The position numbers were made by a program, and so were the translations under genes. From Chrysomallon squamiferum (lineage: Eukaryota; Animalia; Mollusca), in the NCBI GenBank assembly GCA_012295275.1, contig CM022677.1:23498001-23562000 (forward strand): 64,000 nucleotides of DNA, in the 5' to 3' direction. A model generated the notes under the pieces. The model was given only the letters and a program-made list of their open reading frames with translations. It searched no databases and was not told where the DNA came from. Shown in pieces: positions 1-11,747 of this stretch (its first letter is position 1; each line of letters starts with the position of its first letter).

Positions 1-322
1 ATGGCCATATTTAAAAAACAAATAAAATATAGTGTATTAGTTATTTTTAAAATAATAACTGTTTTCAATGTGTTAATGTGCATATGTATAATAATACTAC
101 TACTAATAATAGAAATATTTAAAATTAGAATTGTTTTTAATTTTCATTAGATAAATTCAGTTATATATATTATACATATATGTACATGTACAGAGAAAAA
201 GAAAGCGAGTCATGTAATAAAACTAGCTGGTGCTGTGTATGTGTAAACTGGGATCTGTTTAAATTATTATTTTTGTCTAAGTTTTATATCCTATATCTTT
301 AAATTGATGCCTTATTGCTACA

Positions 323-353
<31 letters not shown>

Positions 354-380
354 ATGTTAGTACTGCATTAATTTTTGAAG

Positions 381-559
381 TTCATGGTGGCTGGGGTAAT
401 GGGACATTATTAGACTAGGGCAGTGTACTGTCATATGAGGATATGAAAACAGATGTCTGGATATTAGGAGAAAATACAATAATCCTCTATCTGTACAACA
501 AGGATTCACATGTCAAGGAATACAAATTTGCGCATATAAAAAAAACTTTACTCGATGTG
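381..559 (+). pseudogene. Dead TSR pseudo-exon of gene A (second copy 2485-2663)
   Basis: Aligns to exon 665-853 (VHGGWGNG..CTV..NPLSVQQGFTCQG) but is 179 nt (1-nt frameshift) with TAG and TGA stops and lost Cys/Trp. Confidence 0.8.
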
Positions 560-664
560 GTATCTAGTAATATTGTTACCATATCGAGTATCTGCACGTT
601 TTTATTCCTTGACATGTGAATCCTTGTCATTATTATTATTTATGGTTTTACATTAATTTTGAAG

Positions 665-853
665 TTCCTGGTGGTTGGAGTCGTTGGGAACTTATAAGCC
701 AAAGTGCATGTACTGTCACTTGTGGATATGGTTATAGAAATATTTATCTTCGAAGAGAATGCAATGATCCTGTACCTGTGGGACAAGGATTGACCTGTCA
801 AGGAATTCCGGAACAACGATTTAAACAACGTTGTTTCAAAAATACTCAATGTG
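665..853 (+). CDS. Gene A TSR exon type a (duplicate at 2769-2957)
   Basis: gaag|TT..G|gtaaaa, 189 nt, VPGGWSRWELISQSACTVTCGYGYRNIYLRRECNDPVPVGQGLTCQG..CFKNTQC. Confidence 0.88.
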
Positions 854-858
854 GTAAA

Positions 859-907
<49 letters not shown>

Positions 908-2422
908 TTTTTTTTAATTTGACAGAGAATTAAAAAACAGTTTATATCAAACTGATCTAATAAAAGAAAGTCTCTAAAAATATTTGGATTTTCTATTAAA
1001 GAAACAAATATGTAAAGATATAAACTTTTTATTTGATTTTGATATAGAATTTCTAAAGCACAGAATAGAAGAAAAGAGGAAGAAGAAAAGAAAATCAATG
1101 AATTAATAATCTAATAAGTTGCGACATTTGGAAACCCACAAGAATTAAAAATAATATATATATTTAAAAATGTGTATTTTACATAAAAAAAAAATACAGT
1201 TAAGACTTTGTGATATGACATGTATTTCTTTTTAAAATATAGATTAAAAATGAAAAACAAAAAGAAATATATAAAATCAAAAACAAAACAAAAAAAAAAA
1301 AAACCCCAAAAACTGAAACATATTTAGAGCAGCCATTGCATTAAATGTAGAAGAATTAACACAAAAGAAACAGAACTAAACAATTTTTTAACATGTGATA
1401 ATGAAAGTAATAATTTATCGAGATTATAGTTTAAGTGATTGAAATTAAAAATAGTTTTTTGAGATGTATAAAATGCTTTTTGGTAAAACCGTGTGTGAAG
1501 TAGAAAATAAACACAAATATATAAACTTTACCTTCAGCAGATGAATATGGATCACTGGATGGTGAATGGTCTCCTTGGAGACAAACTGACTTAATACCTT
1601 GTAGTGTGACTTGTGGAATTGGAACTCATGCAATTCCATATGCAAGAAGATGTACTAATCCCCAGCCTACAGGTGGAGGAAGGAATTGTACAGGGCCGAG
1701 CAACAAAACTGTCATACAGAAGTGTTTTCGAACAGAATGCATTGGTATGATCAATATATTTATAATTTTTGTACATATGTGTATCTGCTTGGACATTCTC
1801 TATCTTAACCCAATAAATATGCATACAGCTATTCTTCATCCATTAATTACAATGCTTTTTTCATTATATAAATATATATAAACGAATATAAAAATGTTAT
1901 GTTTTGTAATAATTTCAAAATAATATTAAGAAATGATAATTTAATAATAAAAAAAAATAAATAAATATAAAATAAAATAAAATAATATGTAACATGATAT
2001 GTTNNNNNNNNNNNNNNNNNNNNNNNNNNNNNNNNNNNNNNNNNNNNNNNNNNNNNNNNNNNNNNNNNNNNNNNNNNNNNNNNNNNNNNNNNNNNNNNNN
2101 NNNNNNNNNNNNNNNNNNNNNNNNNNNNNNNNNNNNNNNNNNNNNNNNNNNNNNNNNNNNNNNNNNNNNNNNNNNNNNNNNNNNNNNNNNNNNNNNNNNN
2201 NNNTAATAATAGAAATATTTAAAATTAGAATTGTTTTTAATTTTCATTAGATAAATTCAGTTATATATATTATACATATATGTACATGTACAGAGAAAAA
2301 GAAAGCGAGTCATGTAATAAAACTAGCTGGTGCTGTGTATGTGTAAACTGGGATCTGTTTAAATTATTATTTTTGTCTAAGTTTTATATCCTATATCTTT
2401 AAATTGATGCCTTATTGCTACA

Positions 2423-2457
<35 letters not shown>

Positions 2458-5400
2458 ATGTTAGTACTGCATTAATTTTTGAAGTTCATGGTGGCTGGGG
2501 TAATGGGACATTATTAGACTAGGACAGTGTACTGTCATATGAGGATATGAAAACAGATGTCTGGATATTAGGAGAAAATACAATAATCCTCTATCTGTAC
2601 AACAAGGATTCACATGTCAAGGAATACAAATTTGCGCATATAAAAAAAACTTTACTCGATGTGGTATCTAGTAATATTGTTACCATATCGAGTATCTGCA
2701 CGTTTTTATTCCTTGACATGTGAATCCTTGTCATTATTATTATTTATGGTTTTACATTAATTTTGAAGTTCCTGGTGGTTGGAGTCGTTGGGAACTTATA
2801 AGCCAAAGTGCATGTACTGTCACTTGTGGATATGGTTATAGAAATATTTATCTTCGAAGAGAATGCAATGATCCTGTACCTGTGGGGCAAGGATTGACCT
2901 GTCAAGGAATTCCGGAACAACGATTTAAACAACGTTGTTTCAAAAATACTCAATGTGGTAAAATTATTATTATTATTATTATTATATTTTGTTTTAATTT
3001 GACAGAGAATTAAAAAACAGTTTATATCAAACTGATCTAATAAAAGAAAGTCTCTAAAAATATTTGGATTTTCTATTAAAGAAACAAATATGTAAAGATA
3101 TAAACTTTTTATTTGATTTTGATATAGAATTTCTAAAGCACAGAATAGAAGAAAAGAGGAAGAAGAAAAGAAAATCAATGAATTAATAATCTAATAAGTT
3201 GCGACATTTGGAAACCCACAAGAATTAAAAATAATATATATATTTAAAAATGTGTATTTTACATAAAAAAAAAATACAGTTAAGACTTTGTGATATGACA
3301 TGTATTTCTTTTTAAAATATAGATTAAAAATGAAAAACAAAAAGAAATATATAAAATCAAAAACAAAAAAAAAAAAAAAACACCCCAAAAACTGAAACAT
3401 ATTTAGAGCAGCCATTGCATTAAATGTAGAAGAATTAACACAAAAGAAACAGAACTAAACAATTTTTTAACATGTGATAATGAAAGTAATAATTTATCGA
3501 GATTATAGTTTAAGTGATTGAAATTAAAAATATTTTTTTGAGATGTATAAAATGTTTTATGGTAAAGGATTTAAAACCATGTATGAAGTAAAAAATTAAA
3601 CACAAATATGAAAACTTTACCTTCAGCATATGAATATGGATCATTGGATGGTGAATGGTCTCCTTGGAGACAAACTGACTTAATACCTTGTAGTGTGATT
3701 TGTGGAATTGGAACTCATGCAATTCCATATGCAAGAAGATGTACTAATCCCCAGCCTACAAATGGAGGAAGGAATTGTACAGGGCCGAGCAACAAAACTG
3801 TCATACAGAAGTGTTTTCGAACAGAATGCATTGGTATAATCAATATATTTATAATTTTTGTACATATGTGTATCTGATTGGACATTCTCTATCTTAACCC
3901 AATAAATATGTATACAACTATTCATCATTTATTACAATGCTTTTTTTCATTATATAAAATATATATAACATTTTTATGTTTTGTTATAATTTGAAAATAA
4001 TATTAAGAAATAAGAAAATAATCACACCTGTTACAATTATTATTAATAATTAAAAATAAACAAATAAATACAAATAGAATAAAATAATATGTAACATGAT
4101 ATGTTCTTTTTGTATCCTTCTGGTAACTTCTGAATCATTGCACAGCTGGTGACAATTGTGTCATATCTGCTAGTTATGGTTCAAATAGCACGGATCTTTG
4201 CATTTGAAAAAAGATTCTGCTTTGTTGTTGAACTGACAGAGGAACCTAGTTTTGTCATGCAGCAGACTTTTATTCATGCCAACAAATTTTTGAGAAACTT
4301 AATATTGTTTTTACTGATGTAAGCTTTCATACAAAAGTAACAAAATATAAACTAAAATATAAAATTAAGTAAATAAGATTAAAATACAAAAATGGAACAA
4401 ATCTTTAACCTTCTTGGTAACAACATTATTGTCAATTATCTAATGATCAAATGTTCTGCAAATTTCATTGCTCTAGTTTATAGAGTACAGGCTTTTTAGG
4501 CATGAATGAATAAAATGTTTATACATCAGTCAGTTTTAGTGATACTGTGTACAGAGGTCTGTCAATTTATAGTGTTGGAAAACCAAAGCTCTTTTATGCC
4601 CTGTAGTGAATGGAATAAAATATATTTAATGATGTAAATATCAGTTTCTTCTCTAATCTGCAAAAAGCAATCAGATAAAACTATCCAAAAGTTGTTCAGA
4701 CCATCAAACTTTTTTTTAGTATTGCTGATTTTTAAAAAGGTTCACATAAAAAATCTGTCAGTACAACAGTGCTATCAAATTAGGTTTAGTATGTGTACAT
4801 GTCAGATAGAAGAACTGTATATTCAGCTGTATATTCAACTGAATATGGGACAATTTGTATATTCAGAATCATCTTTGTATTATGGGATTCAAATTGTAAA
4901 TTTTAATTTATGAAAGTTCATGACTAATTTTGTTAAAAGTTTGTCCATGAAAAAAGCTTCTGTTTTCATGTGAGTGCCTTTTTTTAAACCCTAAAAGTAT
5001 AGCTGGACTTTTGAATGACCCTGTATCTTTTAGAGGGTTTAGCACCATAATATAGTCCAATTTAACATTTTCAGCTTTTTGAAAGTGTTAAAGATAATGA
5101 AACTGTAGATACAGTAAACCCATTATGAGAAAACACTTTTATAGAAGAAAAAGTCTAAATTTTTGGTAAAAATATTTTCCTTACTATTAAAAGTAAATTA
5201 TGATTTTTTTGAGGTATGATTTCCTTTTCAAAATACAATTAAATGTATCAAATTTTGAAGCGGCTGAAACAAAGCTATTTTTGTTTTCATAGGATTCATT
5301 GAAATGATTATAAACTTATATAAATATTACAATGTCTGCTTTGTTTTCAGTCAGTGGTCAGTGGAATGAGTGGTTTGTTCACACTGTTAAAAAATGTGAT

Positions 5401-7139
5401 TTGAATAACTGTCAACAGGAAGTTATTCACAAAAGACTGTGTACAAATCCTGCACCCAGTCCAAGTGGTGCACCTTGTGCTGGTGAAAGTCAGCGTGTTA
5501 GTTACAGAGACTGCTGTGAGAGAAGTATGTTAAGTGTTGTGTTTTTGTAATGTCATTGAATTTTGATAAATTGTAACATTTTTTGGTATGATTTTATCAA
5601 CTTTTTTTGTTTTTGTTTTTATACATGTTTAATATAATCTAAGTGAAGTATTTCTAAAACTGAGAAGTAAACAGAAAAGTATTAAATTTATCTAACTAAA
5701 AAGAAACAGTTTCCATTTTTTTTTATGTATTGGTATTGATTCTTTTATTATCAAAAGTAGTTCATGTGGAAATATAAAATATGGCTTCTCCAATGATTGA
5801 ACAAGACATGGGTCATACATACAGTCAGTTTTTAGAGAAAGCTGGAAGAAGTAATGTTATTGCTGTGCACATCTATTCTTTTCAAAGGAAATATATCCAA
5901 TTAAGAAATTTTGAATGTGTCCCTACATTTCCTTATGAGTCATTTTCTTATTAATACTCAGACAAAACCCTGTATGCAATCACAATGAGGAACTGATAAA
6001 TAAATAGAATATTGAAAACTGCAGAATTTGACTGCCAATTCTGTTGTGTTTCTGTATGCTTATGTATGTATGTTTTTATGGATGTGTACATGTATACTTT
6101 TAGATCCTATGAATTCAGCACAATGGATGTCGTGGAGTACACCATTCAATGGTGAATGTGAACATGCTTGTGGAAGATATGTCTATAAATCACGGCAATG
6201 TAACGGGTCAAACAGCGTGTGTTATGGATATTTTGTTAGGTCTCGTTGGGAGCCATGCTTAGAAGAATCTTGTGAAATGGGTGAGCTGAGTTAGATCTCA
6301 CACTCCCTGCCAAACTAATCTTAATCTGTCCTAAATGTGGCCCTGCCTGTTAATCTGGTTCTGTGTTCTAGTTTGGTATTCAGTGATATTTCAGGGATTT
6401 GGGGATATGCAGTTATTAATACTCCTTACATTATAAGTTTTATCTTCTTTTTTAATTTGTTGTTTGTCGGTTAGTTTATTTATTTATTACTACTTTTTAG
6501 ATAATTTGTTGCAAGGTTAAATTGTGAAGTTGTAAAGAGATGCCTAGTTGCAGCTTGTAAACAAAAAATGTCCCAGCACATTTTTGATACAGAAAGTTTG
6601 TGACATTGCTTTATATTCCCATAATATTGTTTACATGTTCTAAAATTGAAACAGGTTATTGATAAATTAAACCATAGTTTGAACACATTTTAATTTAATC
6701 TGTTGATTTTTTTATTGCTTGTTATTATGTGGTAACCCATTTTATATTCATGGCTTTATATCTGTGATAAACTGGCAACTATTTTCTAACTTTAGAGACT
6801 GACATATACATGCAGAAAAACAAATAATGATCTGTTATCATGTTTCTTTGATTAATGATCTCTCTCCGTCTCTCTCTCTCATTACTATTGTTATTGTTGT
6901 TGTTATTATTATTATTAATCTTTACTGCTCTATATATTTTTCTAGTTAATGGTGAATGGGGTCGTTGGGAACTTATAAGCCAAAGTGCATGTACTGTCAC
7001 TTGTGGATATGGATATAGAAATATTCATCTTCGAAGAGAATGCAATGATCCTGTACCTGTGGGACAAGGATTAACCTGTCAAGGAATGGATGAACAAACA
7101 TATAAAGAACTTTGTTTCAGGAATATCCAATGTGGTAAA

Positions 7140-7184
<45 letters not shown>

Positions 7185-10100
7185 TATTATTAAAATTTAT
7201 AATTATTATTATTATCAAATTTTTAGGTTTATATATTTTCATTTTGATATAGAATATGGAAATTAATCTAATAGATGAAGTAAAGAAAACCAAACATTAA
7301 AAATTGCCTAAAAAGATATTAAAAAATAAGAAAATAAATAAACAAACAAACAAACAAACAAACAAACAAACAAATAAATAATAATAATTAAAAATAAAAA
7401 TAAAAATAAAAATAAAGAAGGAAGAAGAAAGATTAAAGAAACATTTACATGACATCAACTATTATTATTATTATTTCAATTAAAAATAAAAGAAAATATT
7501 AAATATTTTAAAAGAATGTGATAAATGAAGTAATAAAAATAATTTTTTGTATTATATTGTCATGCTTGTAGTTTAAGTGGTGGAAATTAAAAACATTTTT
7601 TGGAATGTTTGAAATGTTTTAAGGTAAAGCATTTAAAACTGTATATGAAGTAGAAAATCAAATATGTAAACTTTACTTTTAGGATATGGATATGGATCAT
7701 TGGATGGTCAGTGGTCTCCATGGTATCAAACAGATATAATAGTTTGTGATGCGACTTGTGGAATAGGAAATCATGTAATTCCTTATGGAAGATCATGTGA
7801 TCAACCCCGACCTACCAATGGAGGAAGGAGTTGTTCAGGGCCAACCACCAAAACTGTCATACAGAAGTGTTTTCGAAAGGAATGCATTGGTATAATTAGT
7901 ATATTTTTATCTTAACCATGTGTATGTTTCCAACTCTAAATTCCTTAATGAAGAAATTGCCATAGATTCTTAAAATCTTGTCAAATTTCAAATATAAAAA
8001 TGACAAATAGCAGTTCTGAGATATTAGGAATCTCTGGCGTTTTCTCCATGAATGGATTTGTAATTTAATGTTAGAAATACAAAATGTCAGTATACCTAAA
8101 AATTAATAAATGAGAAATGAATAGTTAATATCAACTTCTCCATCTCTGCATTATTAATGATAGCAATTGAACCAACCGAAGAAAACATTCCAAATCAACA
8201 CCTATAGTCTTTCTTCAGTGATATTTACATTTGGTAGGAAAAAACAATTTGAAATATGAAACTAAACTGATAACCCATCTTCCTTGGTATCACATTAACA
8301 ACTTGTTTATATATATTTTGTGGTGAATGAACTTATATTCAAGTATCATGAATAGTTAATAAATATATTTTAGTGGCCTAGAGTGGAGTTTAGTCAAATT
8401 TAACATTTGATATTTTCAGGTTTTAGATAATAAAGACACAGACACAACTTAATTAATGCACATCAAGAAATATGTAATTAAAAGTAATTGATTGTAGTAA
8501 TGTATTCTAAACATTGTTCTTTGTTTTAAAAATTAATTACAGTTGAACATAACTATATTGGAGAAAAAAAATTATTAGTTAGTGGCAAATCCATTTGCTA
8601 AAAACTCCATCATATATATGCTTAAGATTTGCTGGAAATGATAATCAGTTTACAATTTACTTTGAAAATATGAAGATTTTCACAGATTCCTGTAATTAAA
8701 ATAATGTAATATGTATTTCAGTGAATGGTGGCTGGAATGCATGGTTTTTTGAGAGCGTTACACAATGTAATTCGACCTCATGTAAACAGGCAGTTACATA
8801 CAAGAGATTGTGTACAAATCCTGCACCCAGTCCAAGTGGCTCACCTTGTCCTGGTGAAAATCAGGTTACAGTTAGTTACAGAGACTGCTGTGAGAGAAGT
8901 ATGTAAAGAGTAATTTGGATTTTGTTGTGCATTTGAATTGTTGAATTTATTTCTATTCTTGACATGAATGACTTCATGACTTTTTTCTTTGTCAAATACT
9001 GAGCAGTATTGAATATTCAATAATTTTTTATTTATTTGAAATACTCTTAAAGTTTTATCATTTAGGTTTGCAAAATATATTTTGGTAATAACATAGTAGA
9101 AAACTAATGTAGTTGTGTGTGTGTGTGTGTGTGTGTCATTCAAAATTTGTTTGCCATGATTATTTTTTACTTTTGTTGTCAGTCATTATAAACTTGGCTG
9201 ATAATTACATTCAGATTTATTGTCAGTATTTCTGATGATTCTTATCAATATTGTGTGTATATTCACTTTGGTTTCTTTTGATTTTTGTTCACAATACTTC
9301 AGAGGATAATGTTGATAAGTTTAATTTGTTTTGTATGGTTAACTTAAATTTATGTATTTCTAAAATATATATATATACTTATATCTGAACTTACATGTTA
9401 CTAATGATTTGTTTTTGTTGAGTTTGTTGTAGATAATTGTGAATTTAATATCTATGTGAATAATGTTTTATCCTGAAAAAAGTGCTACAAGCAAGTACAT
9501 ATTAATGAATATTTCAATTTATAATTCATCTGCACTGTGTTAATGATCCAAATAAGGCACCAAAAATAATATACCAGTTCTGTTTGTCTTTTCTCAACTG
9601 TATAATTCAGTCAGGATTTACATTTTCAATAAACATTTTGAAAAGGTAAGGCATAGCTGGTCTTGGAAGAGATGAAGAATAATTGAAATGAAAAATGGAA
9701 AGATGTCATGCATAGATATTTGAAAATGGGTAAAGTGTCACTAGATTGGTACAAAAACAAGATTACTCTAAGGAAAATCAGAGGTCCAGAAAAACTAAAC
9801 CTGTTCATGTCTGTGAAGACTGAAATCAGTTAACACTTGTAAGACAAATCTTCTCCACCAGTCCACCTGAATTTAAGGAGGAGTACAGTTCACACATTGA
9901 CCAGTGGTCATGTGGTATACACGTTTCTGAGTTATTGATATCTATATATCAATAAGTATCTATATCACTGTCTGCTTTTTACTCCTGATGTCAAAGATGT
10001 TCAGCAAGTGTTCTCTGTACACAGATACAGTTTTCGAAAACACACTTGATATACAGTTTAATTGAGTTATACATTTGTTATGTATAAAGCTTTCACTTCT

Positions 10101-11689
10101 TTCCAAATTTGAATAATTCTGCAAAGATTGGTTCTAGCTTACCTTTTTGCTGAATATATATATCAATTTATCCACCTGTTTGTCTATCTGTATATATTTC
10201 TGAAGTTGTGTTTGGTAAATATCAAGTTATTCACCAATAACAACTTTGTCAGCAACGTCAAAAACACTTATGCAGAAAACATCACAATTACTGAAAACAA
10301 ATTGAAAAGTTATTATGGAAAACAGATTGTTGGCAACAAACTGAACATTTCCGACAGCATATTCGTAATTAATAACAACTTTAGATATGCCAATTATTAT
10401 TTACTAATAATAATTAATTAGTACTATTAGTACTGTTGATGATATTATTAATTGTAATAATAAAGATATAAATATATTAACCGTACTTCATGCTTGTAAA
10501 ATCTGAAAGTAAATCCTTAACCGTTTGATTTGATTGTCACATTATCAGATAGGAGATCATTATTTATTATCATAAAGTGTCCATCACATACAAAAAAGTC
10601 ATGACTTGTCCAGTTATATTGTTTTGTAGTTGATGGAGGTTGGAGTTCTTGGTTATATGAAGGGCGAGGATCATGCAGTGCTACATGTGCTTCTAATAGT
10701 TTGGTTAAGGTTAAACAGATAAGGGAGTGTAATAAACCATTACCACGATATGGAGGAAATAATTGTACAGGCAACAGTACTAGATTTCTGATGGAGCCAT
10801 GTCAAGTTCTTCAGCCTGCTGGTAACAGACTAACAAAAATATTTTATGTGACATCGTTCTATTTAAATGAGTTTTAGTATTAGTGCTTATTGATGCAGTG
10901 TTACTACAAAGGCACATACAATTGTCTGAATTCCTGTGATTCTTTTTAACAAATAGAAGAAGCTAATAACATAGAGCAGATACAGATAATTCATTCAGTT
11001 TCATTTTGAGAGAATATTTTTCAATAGTCTAATGAATACTGAATAACATTTATTTCTATATATATTAAAAAGTAAAAGACAAAAATTCAAATTATCAATG
11101 CAGAAAATTATTTATATAGAAAACAATTTATGTATTTATATATATATATATATATATATATTGTATTGATAGATAATGTAGGATTCTTTACTGCAAAAGG
11201 TTGTTCAGCTGAAATAGAAAAAACATCTTGTTGTTGCAAACTGATCTCTCACACACACAGGCATAGACACTAGAGACGACACATAGACAAACACACATTC
11301 ACGCCACACAGTACATATACACAATAAAATATTTTGATTACAAAAATAAATTCTAAATAAATGTTTCTCTTTTAATTAAGTTGATGGGGGTTGGAGTTCA
11401 TGGACGAGAAGTGAGGGATCATGTTCAGTGATTTGTGGGTCTGGTATACGAGAGATAACACAGACAAGGCAATGTAACAATCCAGCACCAGAAAATGGAG
11501 GAGAAGACTGTGAAGGTTTAAATACTGAAACTACTACAGAAGCATGCCAAATGGACATATGCGGTAAGAAATGAAAATACAAATGAAAATCGGTCCTTCA
11601 GCATACATTACATCTGATGAGGCATAGAAATAATTAAAAAAATTATATAATCCATTTTCTAAATAGACTGACTACCCTAAGTTTTAGTG

Positions 11690-11747
<58 letters not shown>

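Larger units (their letters stand above)
2204..4104 (+). repeat. Near-identical copy of 104-2003 (probably a haplotype/false duplication across the gap)
   Basis: Copy 1 ends and copy 2 begins exactly at the gap edges; differences are microsatellite lengths, scattered SNPs and indels concentrated in the last ~550 bp. Confidence 0.85.

Noticed and set aside
1915-2250. ORFs containing X runs
   Set aside because: Artefacts of the N gap
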